The translations under genes and the position numbers were made by a program. From Candidatus Moanibacter sp. (GTDB lineage: Bacteria > Verrucomicrobiota > Verrucomicrobiia > Opitutales > UBA2987): a stretch of 58,928 bases of DNA. Positions within the stretch are counted from its first letter, which is position 1; every line of letters begins with the position of its first letter. The stretch spans positions 1 through 58,928 of the forward strand of contig CBDCEW010000047.1 of NCBI GenBank assembly GCA_965215885.1. Reading direction: 5' to 3'. Shown piece after piece: positions 20,271 through 29,762 of this stretch. The notes under the pieces were generated by a model. That model searched no databases. It was not told the DNA's origin and was given only the letters and a program-made list of their open reading frames with translations.

Positions 20271-22115
20271 CCTCGAACAAGTGTGATTGGAATATACCTA
20301 ACGCAATAAAAAGCTCGAAACGCGCTTAGATACTGGGAAAACTGTTAATCGACCAAAAAAACCACCCAGAAAAAAAGGACGTTTCGAGTGAAAAGAAGAT
20401 ACCGCAAGAACCTCCACAATAGCAAGAGAAGAATAAAGCATCGGCTTAGAAATCGGGGCTGGCCTGAACAGGCCAAACCGATGTTCAAAGCGAGCAACAT
20501 CCACTACGAGACGGCCGAACGAGGCAAAGGGGTGAGTTGTGGAGGGATAGGAGCGATTCACCTGATGGTGAAGAGACTGGGGTTGGTGGAAGAGCTCGAC
20601 CAGAGCGTGCAGTTGCTCAAGCGCCACCTGCCGTATCATGAGAGTGATCATGTGCTCAACATAGCCTACAACGCATTATTGGGAGGGATCCGGCTCGAAG
20701 ACATCGAATTGCGCCGCAAGGACGAGGTTTTTCTGAATGCCTTAGGAGCGCAGAGGATACCGGATCCGACGACCAGTGGAGACTTCACCCGACGCTTTGA
20801 TGAAGGCGCGATCGAAAAATTGATGGAAGGGATCAACCGGATACGGCAAGGGGTGTGGAACAAGCAGGCAAAAGGATTCATGGAGGAGGCGTTCATCGAT
20901 GTGGACGGGACGATAGCGCAGACGAGAGGGAAGTGCAAAGGGGGTATGGGAATAAGCTATAAGGGGATCTGGGGCTATGCACCGCTGATCGTGAGTTTGG
21001 CAAATACCAGGGAAGTGCTCTACATGGTGAATCGACCGGGCAATGAGACTAGCCATGAGGGATGCGTAAAGTGGATTGATCGGGCGGTGGAACTTGTGCG
21101 TGCGCATGCGGGGAAAATCTGCTTGCGAGGGGATACGGACTTTTCGTTGACAGAAAACTTCGATCGGTGGGATGAAGAAGGAACGGGATTTATCTTCGGA
21201 ATGGATGCGCATCCCAAAGTGGTGGGACTGGCCGAGGAGTTCAGAGAGACGGCCTGGAGCGAACTGGAGCGGTTGCCCAAGCATGAAATAGCGACCGAAT
21301 CGAGAGCTAAAGCGCCGCGAGTGAAGGAAGGGATCGTGCACCAGAAGGGTTTTGAAAACAAGGTGCTGGAGGCAGAAAGTGTGGCCGAGTTGGACTATCG
21401 GCCCAACAAGTGCAAAAAGACCTATCGGATGGTGGTGGTGCGTAAGAACATCAGTGTGCAAAAGGGCGAAGTAGTGCTCTTTGATGAGATCCGCTACTTT
21501 TTTTATATCACAAATCGTAGGGACCTGACTAAGGAGCAGGTGGTCGCCTTTGCGAATCAACGCTGCGATCAGGAGAACGTTATTGAGCAACTCAAAAACG
21601 GGGTTAATGCGATGCGTATGCCCGTGGATGATCTTTTGAGCAATTGGGCCTATATGGTAATGACAGCATTGGCCTGGAACCTGAAGGCGTGGTATGGATT
21701 ACTCATGCCCAACCGCCAGCGGGGGTTGGAGATCGTGAAGATGGAGTTTCGGCGCTTCCTTCACGCCATCATCTTGCTCCCCGCGCAAATCATCCGAAGC
21801 GGGCGCCGAATTGTTTATCGGCTTTTAAGCTGGAACGAGTGGATGGGAGATTTTATCAGCACCTGGGAGCGATTCCGATCTATGTCGCCTGGGTAGCAGA
21901 TCAAGTAACCGCGAACGCACAGCCACAACGGAAGGACTGTCGGCGTATCCCAAAAAGGGGACAGAACTAACGTTAAAACAGAACGGATATGACTCAAAAA
22001 AAGCAAAACATGAAACCAGCCCAAGGGTGGCGGCGGCAAAACTACCGCCAGCATGGCAAATAACGTTAGGAATAACGAAGTTTCCTGTTCAACCTTTAAA
22101 CGCGCTTATTTTAGG
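20271..22115 (+). mobile_element. IS1380-family element, copy 1
   Basis: Imperfect TIRs CCTCGAACAAGTGTGATT / AAACGCGCTTATTTTAGG; 6-bp TSD TCTAGT at 20265-20270 and 22116-22121. Confidence 0.9.
20388..21896 (+). CDS. IS1380-family transposase
   Basis: IDVDGT, GIWGYAPL, LRGDTDF, NQRCDQENVIEQLK. Confidence 0.9.
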   Translation: MKRRYRKNLHNSKRRIKHRLRNRGWPEQAKPMFKASNIHYETAERGKGVSCGGIGAIHLMVKRLGLVEELDQSVQLLKRHLPYHESDHVLNIAYNALLGGIRLEDIELRRKDEVFLNALGAQRIPDPTTSGDFTRRFDEGAIEKLMEGINRIRQGVWNKQAKGFMEEAFIDVDGTIAQTRGKCKGGMGISYKGIWGYAPLIVSLANTREVLYMVNRPGNETSHEGCVKWIDRAVELVRAHAGKICLRGDTDFSLTENFDRWDEEGTGFIFGMDAHPKVVGLAEEFRETAWSELERLPKHEIATESRAKAPRVKEGIVHQKGFENKVLEAESVAELDYRPNKCKKTYRMVVVRKNISVQKGEVVLFDEIRYFFYITNRRDLTKEQVVAFANQRCDQENVIEQLKNGVNAMRMPVDDLLSNWAYMVMTALAWNLKAWYGLLMPNRQRGLEIVKMEFRRFLHAIILLPAQIIRSGRRIVYRLLSWNEWMGDFISTWERFRSMSPG

Positions 22116-22128
22116 TCTAGTGCAGCAT

Positions 22129-22599
22129 AGCCGCAACCAAGAAAGAAGAAGAGAACCGCAAATGGATCCCGGCAAGCCGGGGCGAATGAAGAAGAATTGA
22201 CCACGGATTCGAGAACACCGTGGATTGATTCAACCAGCAATCCTGAACTGGCGGGACCAGGAAACATCCTTTGAAGGGAAGTCGATCGAGATTTGCGTGA
22301 CCGCGGATTTCGCGGATGGCACGGATAGAGAGAAGACATAGATTTCGCAATCGCAGGATGGAGAACAGGGTGTCGATTCCGCTGAACGGGACCAACTCGC
22401 TTACGCGAGTCAAGAAACGCAAAGAAGAGCTTTCCCAAAAGCGCTGTTCGTGGACTAAAATGCAGTCGCGCTCTTGGGAAAACTCTTCTTTGCGTTTCAG
22501 GCTCCGCCTCATAGCAGAGAGGTCCCGCCCATCGGTATCGACACCTACCTCGGCCTATAGTTCAGGCAAATTCCTGCTTTCCTGCCTTCCTTATTCAAA
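22129..22599 (+). repeat. Composite non-coding repeat, copy A (contains a 177-bp TIR element at 22369-22545)
   Basis: Collinear and highly similar to 37161-37680; nested long hairpins. Confidence 0.85.
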
Positions 22600-22813
22600 A
22601 TAAAAGCTTCCTAGACCGATTTCCACTCTGCCGCATGTCAGAGAAGGCGAATGGACTCTTCCCAACTTTCTATATCTCCAAATTGCATTCTCGGTGGTGC
22701 TCTGTGATTCTCTGTGCCGCTCTGTAGCCAAGTAGAGCCATGTTTCAAACACTTGCTGTCAAACCAGTTCCAGAGTGCATCTTCACAAGTCGCATAGAAG
22801 ATACGGGATAAAA

Positions 22814-23749
22814 CTATATCCTTCCGAAATTCCTGAGAATCTTCAGAGCGTCAACCGTCAATACGCCTTGCCATTTTAACATTGCACGTTCCCAAGCCTC
22901 GGGAAAGGTGCCGCCCCAGGTCCAGGGCGGATGCCAGGAACCGTCGGTCGCTTGTTCATCGATCAGGTAATCCAGGTTTTTTTCCACCGCCTCTCTCAGG
23001 GCCGGACAAAAATGTGAAGAAGGAGAGTGGACCACGTCCAAAGGACGAAGGACGTAATTTTTCCACTCGTCTGGATTCCGCTCAACCTTATCGGAAAAGG
23101 CTGCTTCCAGCCATGGCAGCAACAATTCCTGCAGTTTTTCTGGAAGATCCCGTGATTCAAGTAACCGAAGATAGCAGAGCAGTCCATGCATCATACTGCG
23201 TTTTGGCGACAGTTCGCTCAGGCGGTTGATTGTAAGCGTCGTGACCTTGTCCCTGATCGGACCGCAATTCTCATCAACATCATCACCATAGTCATAAAGA
23301 TAACCGAGCACTTCCGGACGCGGATTGTCAGATGATTGGCTTTTAAGGAAGGCTTCGTAGTCACCATCCTTGATGTGCCACCATGGGGCGTGAGGTGCCT
23401 TGTTATCGTGCTCCGGTATAATCGGCCAATTTTCGATTTCGTCATTGTAGGCGTGAAGGAGGTATTGAAGCGCTTCACCGATCATCGGATGTCCCGATGC
23501 AACCTTAACCTCTCTGAATATTTGGAATGCAATGGTAGTACTAAGGACAGACGAAGGCTTCCCGCCTATATCAGCTTCCAGAGCGCCGAAACCTCCATCC
23601 GGATTCTGGAAAACTTTGAGTTCGGCCAGAACACGATCAACACCACCATCTTCAAAGTGAAATTCGAATCGCGCTCGCTCCAGTGGGCGAGCTTGTGATT
23701 TTATGAACTCGGCTGCTCGGTCAAACTGCTCTTGCGATAGAAGTTTCAT
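22814..23749 (-). CDS. Prenyltransferase/squalene-cyclase-repeat-like protein
   Basis: ARPLERARF, FQNPDGGFG, EQATDGSW (QxxDGxW repeats). Confidence 0.7.
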   Translation of the reverse strand: MKLLSQEQFDRAAEFIKSQARPLERARFEFHFEDGGVDRVLAELKVFQNPDGGFGALEADIGGKPSSVLSTTIAFQIFREVKVASGHPMIGEALQYLLHAYNDEIENWPIIPEHDNKAPHAPWWHIKDGDYEAFLKSQSSDNPRPEVLGYLYDYGDDVDENCGPIRDKVTTLTINRLSELSPKRSMMHGLLCYLRLLESRDLPEKLQELLLPWLEAAFSDKVERNPDEWKNYVLRPLDVVHSPSSHFCPALREAVEKNLDYLIDEQATDGSWHPPWTWGGTFPEAWERAMLKWQGVLTVDALKILRNFGRI

Positions 23750-23758
23750 GGTACAGGT

Positions 23759-24646
23759 TTAGATGCCATTATAATTCAAAGTACCAGGACCGGGTATTGT
23801 AAAAACCGGACATTCTGCTCTATCGGAGGATACGGTGTTGAAGTATTGGCGCGGCGTCACTCCAGTGAAAGTCTTGAACTCATGAATGAAGTGCGCTTGA
23901 TCCGAATAGCCGTGTTCAAGTGCAATATCGATAAATGAAGGTCGAGAAGATGTCGTGATTGTTTGCGCTGCATAACTGTAGCGAAGCTGTCGTTTGATTT
24001 CCTGCGGTCTGCGTCCCGTCCATCGAACCGAAATACGATTCAGCTGGCGGGTCGAAATCCCGGCTCTTCGAGCCCCTTCTTCAACCGAGAGGCAACCTTT
24101 GGAAGCGTGTAGCTCGGACAAAAACTTTTTGAGGGTACGGTGCGGAGGACCGGAACTCTCGGTGAGCTTTTCGAGCCAACCGGTCAGAATAGCAAATCGG
24201 GATGACCTGCGCTTTTCGGAAGAGAGTTGCTCAAGGAGGTCATTCACGGCTGTCGGCCAGATATGAGAGACCGGAAGCACCTGATCGCGTAGCTGTTGAA
24301 TATCACAAGATAGAAGCGAATATGCAGCCCCGGGTTGAAAGGCGAATCCTATGTGAAATGTCCTCTGTAACTTGCGACTACCATAATGAACGAGATAGGG
24401 AGTGGTCGACGGACCAAACAAGGTCGCTGACGGTGCACCTTCTGACAAACTGAACATTATGCTGATGTCTGTTGTCGGGAGCACGCGGAAGGCACTGACT
24501 TCAGGCGGGTGAAAACGTTCCGCGATAAAGAGGTAGGAAATCGTGTGCCGCAGGTGGTTTGGGGGCAGGACAAGCTGCATCCGGCTCTGTACCTGGCCTG
24601 ACGATAGAAGTTGGAATCGGTCGAAAAATCGCTGCATAGATGGCAC
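23759..24646 (-). CDS. AraC-family transcriptional regulator
   Basis: GISTRQLNR, IALEHGYSDQAHFIHEFKTFTGVTP. Confidence 0.9.
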   Translation of the reverse strand: MPSMQRFFDRFQLLSSGQVQSRMQLVLPPNHLRHTISYLFIAERFHPPEVSAFRVLPTTDISIMFSLSEGAPSATLFGPSTTPYLVHYGSRKLQRTFHIGFAFQPGAAYSLLSCDIQQLRDQVLPVSHIWPTAVNDLLEQLSSEKRRSSRFAILTGWLEKLTESSGPPHRTLKKFLSELHASKGCLSVEEGARRAGISTRQLNRISVRWTGRRPQEIKRQLRYSYAAQTITTSSRPSFIDIALEHGYSDQAHFIHEFKTFTGVTPRQYFNTVSSDRAECPVFTIPGPGTLNYNGI

Positions 24647-24714
24647 TATAAATTGGCTCAGGAGAACAACAATCGCAACAGGATTTGTGCTCGGAACGCA
24701 ATGAAGACGTCACA

Positions 24715-25245
24715 CGTTTCTGCCGTACGGCAGAGCCGTTCGACCCGTCGTCACTACGTTTTCCGAGGCATGCAGGTTCACGGTTTTCAACGGGTTTGCG
24801 AGCGGTGGCCTAATGTTTAATGAAGGCTAAAGCTGACTTGGAGAGAACCCACCCCTGTCCCCTCCGAGGAGGGGAACTTAACAGATGAGCTCCCAAGTGA
24901 ACAGATCCCCTGGGAGGGGTGCCCCCGCCTAGCGGCTGCGGGGTGAGTCGCCCTCCCGGATAGGGTGCCCGGCATGTCCCGGCGCGCCGGGATACGGTAG
25001 AGCCGGTTCGCGGGCGGTTGCTAAGTATACTTTTCGTGATAATTGTTGAAGTGGGACAGGCTTCCAGCCTGTCAAGAGTCGTTATATGTATCCGCACTTT
25101 ACACAGGCTGGAAGCCCGTCCCACTATCCTGGTGCAAGTTTCACTCTGCCGTACGGCAGAGTGTGATCCGGCGGCGTCCCGCGCGCCAGCGGCCGGACTG
25201 ATCTGAATCTTCTCGGACGCACGGTGGCAGATCGCCACCGTGCTT
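24715..25245. repeat. Cluster of REP-like palindromes
   Basis: TCTGCCGTACGGCAGA x2; AACCCACCCCTGTCCCCTCCGAGGAGGGGA; inverted pair GTGGGACAGGCTTCCAGCCTGT / ACAGGCTGGAAGCCCGTCCCAC; GCACGGTGGC-AGATC-GCCACCGTGC. Confidence 0.75.
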
Positions 25246-25264
25246 TGTTTCAATTCGAACTGAT

Positions 25265-25917
25265 CTAAATCTTACTCGCGAAGCAGATCAAGTTCCCATC
25301 GCAATCCTTGACGATAAAGTCGTCAGCGCCCAAGGGCTGAGACTTGAGCGTCTGAAAGAATTCTACTTCCTTTTCCTTGAATTCCATAAAGAGAGCTTTC
25401 ACTCCTTCGACGGGAATGTTTGCGGTGAGAAGGGCTTCCGATTCCTTCTCAGTCGGGTTCATTGGAGGATTACAGACGTGACGGATATTGAGACCTGCGC
25501 TGTTGCGTATTACGAATCCGTAGAACGGCGGGTCTCCGTGTAAATACTCGATATTAAACCCGAGTACGTCCTCATAATACCTCGCTGTTTTCGTCACATC
25601 GTTCACGAATAATTGTGGGAATGCTCCACACAGCCGTATCTCTTCTTTTACTTCATGCGATACTTCAGGATTTTCATTTTTTTCAGTCCATTCTTGAGCA
25701 TGGCCCATGATTTGAATCCGTGCTCTCGGGCAATGACCTCCTGAGCGTCATAAAGGGCAAAAGGAGAAGCCAATATCTCCTTGTCGACCTTGTTTGAAAA
25801 CCCGGAATGGCTTTTGCGGATTCGCGCGCAAACGGGATAATATTGCTCCCTGTGTTGCTTAACGACCCGCTTAGCCTGTTTCCTGAGATTCTCCAGATTC
25901 GGTTTGGGCGCATGCAT
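25265..25917 (-). CDS. VOC/glyoxalase-family protein with N-terminal PNLENLRKQAK domain, one frameshift
   Basis: PNLENLRKQAK, AQEVIAREHGFKSW; PQLFVNDV, YYEDVLGF, DFIVKDCDGNLICF. Confidence 0.8.
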
Positions 25918-25920
25918 CGG

Positions 25921-26052
25921 TTAATTTCCAGTTCTTCAGCCGGAGTCCGCAATCAGGCTGAACCGATTTAATCTAGTCTAGCTTTCAGGGTAGGTGGGCA
26001 TTGCCCTATCCGCGCGGACCCGGTTGCGCCCTACCGAAGCGGACAGAATTTG
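25921..26052 (-). ncRNA. Candidate structured cis-regulatory leader of the glyoxalase gene
   Basis: Several complementary segments with mutually exclusive pairings (see findings). Confidence 0.4.
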
Positions 26053-26058
26053 AAGCCA

Positions 26059-26720
26059 TCACGTAGGTCGTGTCAATACGGGATATTCACAGTAATCCTT
26101 AAATATCAGAGCAACCCTCTCGACTACGGCCTCCCACAATTTCGCTCCGAGTTCCCGACTGGCATATATGGGCGTTCCAACCACCCCTGTATTCGAATAT
26201 TGGGCAAAATCCAGATTCGGATCGTTCCAGTTAACGGGTCTGCACTCAGGGTCGATAATCTGATCCTCTCGTACTGATTCCGGACGGAGATACATTGCAA
26301 TGTTCAGGGGTGGGCCCGAAGGGTAATGCAGGCAAAACGAGAGAATTTACCATGTACTTCCCATGAGCTGCCTTGGCCGCCGCTAGCCCGCAAATTTCAC
26401 AAGCCATCTGCTACGACAGTGGATCTTACGATGCCTCAAGGACTTCCCTTGTTCGCCGACTTCCACGTGTTCTAACACGTAGTCACCCGCCGGACTTTGG
26501 TAAGCCCTTGATCCGCCGCAATCTCCGCTGTCTCGCGACGAAGTGTGTGAAATATGCGGGCTAGACAAAGGGTCTCCGCGAACCATGTATCCAAATCGAC
26601 CGGTAGATGGAGTCCCTGCTGCTCGGTGTAACCAGTAGGAACGATAACCATCCAACCCGATTTGGCTTTCTCAGCTATCTCTTTGTAGGTTAAGTCACCA
26701 AAGCGCATTTTGCATTGCAT
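26059..26720 (-). pseudogene. Creatininase-family amidohydrolase, fragmented
   Basis: IVPTGYTEQQGLHLPVDLDT, SNTGVVGTPIYASRELGAKLW; several breaks. Confidence 0.75.
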
Positions 26721-27633
26721 TGTCGAGGAGGGTTAAAAGATGCTTTCTGTAACCGCGAGGCTTCTCGTTGCCTACACCCGCTGGCGCTTCACGATCCAGT
26801 GTCCTCAAGCACCAGATTGCAACCCGGACCGCAAACACCGAGTCCTGTATATGATGCCTGGCTAAATACTCCTCAACTACACCAGCCTTATTAAGGGGAT
26901 GCAGATCATGCGTCTTGTACTTTGCTAGACCAAGTAAAATATCGCCGAAGGCCGCGTTCTCGAAGTCAAGAAACCCAGTGATACGTACACCATCCGACAG
27001 GAAATTTCCTGGTTGAAGATCGCCGAAAAAGGCGAATTTCTGATCTTTCATATCCGCGGCAATTCGAGATATTTGTTCATATGCATGACTGAAAATCCCA
27101 TTTCTTACCCATCCGCTGTCATGTGTTTCGATCACTTCGAGTTCGTCCTTCAAAGTCTTCGTCTCGATACCCTTTGCTTTCGGATGCGCCTTGATCGGAT
27201 CCGAAACGTCGATCAGCTGGTCAATCGCCTGCATGAGGAGATTCTTTGCCCTCTCGAGGCCCTCATTTGAGGACATGCTTAACTTTTGCAAGTTTATGCC
27301 TTCTAAGACCGAAGTCAGCATGATCTCACGGTCATCGACGATCCTCGGCTGCAATATTACGCTAGGAACAGGAAGTCCAAAATCGTGCAAAATTGCAAAT
27401 GCCATTGCCTCCTTTTTAACAGACCCATGACGGGTCTTGCGCAGGACTACCTCCTCAACGGCCCCATCCGGACGCCCTATTTGAATCCTTACCGGCGCTG
27501 GTAGGTCGTAGTTGTCGAAGTAATTCGAACATAAAATTCTTGAACCTGCTTCGAAGGCGGACAAAACAAAATCGGCTTCCGAGTCGCTTAAGACGACGTT
27601 GAGCTCTTCATCCGAATGAAATCTTGGTATCAT
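26695..27633 (-). CDS. Aminoglycoside phosphotransferase/kinase-like protein
   Basis: GLPVPSV, GDLQPGNFL, GFLDFE. Confidence 0.75.
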   Translation of the reverse strand: MIPRFHSDEELNVVLSDSEADFVLSAFEAGSRILCSNYFDNYDLPAPVRIQIGRPDGAVEEVVLRKTRHGSVKKEAMAFAILHDFGLPVPSVILQPRIVDDREIMLTSVLEGINLQKLSMSSNEGLERAKNLLMQAIDQLIDVSDPIKAHPKAKGIETKTLKDELEVIETHDSGWVRNGIFSHAYEQISRIAADMKDQKFAFFGDLQPGNFLSDGVRITGFLDFENAAFGDILLGLAKYKTHDLHPLNKAGVVEEYLARHHIQDSVFAVRVAIWCLRTLDREAPAGVGNEKPRGYRKHLLTLLDNAMQNALW

Positions 27634-27730
27634 GGAGACTCAAACTGCGTTCTGTGTGGGTACCGCTGGTATTATCAATTCTCGTCACGAGGTGCACACC
27701 TAAATTATATTAAGGCTTATCTGAAGCGGA

Positions 27731-28099
27731 TTAATCCCTCTCAATGATCGCCAAATACAATCGCTCATCGAGATCCAGGTAGCGAGTCACATGCCATCCC
27801 TTTCCATTGAGGATGTCTTCCATCTCCTTTTTCGAAATGAACAGATAGTCAAACCATGGAGTTTTGAATTTCTGAAAGCGGATGCTTTACCCCCCGCAGC
27901 CAATGTCCAGCACTCGACCACGAACAAATCTCATCCCGCGCTTTTGGTGGGGTAGCCAATCTTTGAAATCGGCAAAATAAGAGGCTGGACCGTTAGTGAC
28001 ATCAAAGGTTCCGTCGTCACGTTCGATGATTTCGCAGGCACGTTCGCCCTTATGGTAGGCGAGCATTGCCTGACCGCAGGCATCTTCGTGCGGGTTCAT
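27731..28099 (-). pseudogene. SAM methyltransferase with a large internal deletion
   Basis: IIERDDG...RVLDIGCGG joined directly to the C-terminal KTPWFDYLFIS. Confidence 0.7.
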
Positions 28100-28182
28100 T
28101 CGATCGGTTTCCTCAAGACCAACATTTCGATCGATTCGGGACGATTAGCCTGCGCCCTTCTGTGTTCCCTTACCCACATATT

Positions 28183-28800
28183 TCACCGCTTTGGCGCAAA
28201 CGGAGTGAAGTAGATTGTAAGGAATTGGTCGAGAATTTGAGGAGAGATAATGCCTGTGTTGGCGCTCTTGTTTGCGCCAAAGCTCACATCCACAAGCGCG
28301 GCGTGGCTGCGTTCTCGCGGAAATCCCGCGCGGTTACGCACAGCAGTGCGCGCCCGCACGGGATTTCGCTCGGGCCTTGCCATCCACGCTTCTGAATTGT
28401 GTGAAACAAGCGGGCGGAATCCCATTCTCTCGTAAAACCTTCTCGTTCGTTCATACGGTTCATGCTCTTCAGAGTCGCTTAATGTCTTGAGTTCCAATAC
28501 CTGGATACGATCAGCAGACATGCGTCTTTCGAACTCATGAACGAGCTTGGTGCCGATTCCTTTTCGATGATGTTCCGGCAAGACACCGATCCAGGCAAGA
28601 TGCCCGACACCGTTATAAGTGTAATAGCTGAGGAATCCCGCAATCTCGGAATTTTCTTCCGCGATTAAGAGGCATTCGTATCCGAGGTCTTGTGCGATCT
28701 CCTTTATCCCTTTCTCGCTGAACCATTGAGGCAGAGCTTTAGCGAGCGAGAGGACTGATTGATGGTCAGCTTCGATGCCGTCTCTAATTTGGAGGGTCAT
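28183..28800 (-). CDS. GNAT acetyltransferase (C-terminus reads into a palindromic insert)
   Basis: LPQWF, GVLPEHHRKGIGT, YERTRRFYERMGF. Confidence 0.8.
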   Translation of the reverse strand: MTLQIRDGIEADHQSVLSLAKALPQWFSEKGIKEIAQDLGYECLLIAEENSEIAGFLSYYTYNGVGHLAWIGVLPEHHRKGIGTKLVHEFERRMSADRIQVLELKTLSDSEEHEPYERTRRFYERMGFRPLVSHNSEAWMARPERNPVRARTAVRNRAGFPRERSHAALVDVSFGANKSANTGIISPQILDQFLTIYFTPFAPKR

Positions 28801-29115
28801 GGATAGGCTTATGATTCTGCTGAAAAAGTCGTCCTTTCAGAACCGTTGATCGCGTTCGCAAGAACGTGGGGCTTTCTTTCACCGGAATCGGTTTATTCAT
28901 TCGAAATTGAAAACGAAGACAATTTCATCCGTCGCTGGTCGTCTGCAACGACGAAGTAGCGGCTCTACATTTGCAGAATCTACGACACGTATGCAGTGAA
29001 TGCCTCGTTTCCTTGTCGTTCTGAAACAGGTTGGACGGTATTGACGATCCCTGGCGCGAATTTTTCGTCACCGGACTCGAGTCTTCGAGCTTCCATGTGA
29101 ACTCAAATTTCGGAT

Positions 29116-29631
29116 TTAACAATGTTTCGCCGAAAATGCCCGCAACTCCTTAGGCGACCGGACATGATACACGTTTCGGCTGACCTTGAATGAATCAATC
29201 GTTTCAGATAATCGTGGCAATAGCTCGCGATGAATCGACCAGATCATCCTGAACAGCTTCAAAGTTACAGGAACTAGGTTGCAGCCTGTGGGCTTCTCAA
29301 TCGTCCAAGGAATGAAAAGTGCCCTGATCTGCCTTTTGGCTGCCCACCAGAAGTGAATACGAACAGGGAAATCCACGAAAATGATGGTGTCTGCTGCCTT
29401 GAATCTTTCTTCTATGCAGTCCCATGGTCCCCACCCATCGATAATCCACAGATCGTATTCGATTAGATCATTCAGTCTGGAACGAATTTCGTCCTGCGGT
29501 GCAAGCGTCCATTTGGGTTTCCACTGGACCTTATCGACGGGATAAAGGGGCAAGCCTTTCGACTTACTCAGTTTCTTGGCAAGGGTTGACTTGCCTCCCC
29601 CTGCGTTACCGATGATTGCGACTCTGGACAT
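29116..29631 (-). CDS. Adenylate-kinase-like P-loop protein (topology modulation protein/FlaR-like)
   Basis: IIGNAGGGKSTLA, WIIDG, ADTIIFVDFP. Confidence 0.85.
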   Translation of the reverse strand: MSRVAIIGNAGGGKSTLAKKLSKSKGLPLYPVDKVQWKPKWTLAPQDEIRSRLNDLIEYDLWIIDGWGPWDCIEERFKAADTIIFVDFPVRIHFWWAAKRQIRALFIPWTIEKPTGCNLVPVTLKLFRMIWSIHRELLPRLSETIDSFKVSRNVYHVRSPKELRAFSAKHC

Positions 29632-29762
29632 AGAAGATTCTGTTATCGAATGATTCTTGGGAAATACCGCCTTATCAGATTATGATTTAGAAAAACCAAA
29701 AGGATGATGAGTCGAAGGGAAATCGAGCCTTGGACAAAAAATACCCATGATCAGACACTAGG

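Noticed and set aside
22316..22603. ORFs within the composite repeat (also 37373-37816 and the antisense frames)
   Set aside because: No protein motifs; they run through long palindromes, and indels differ between copies
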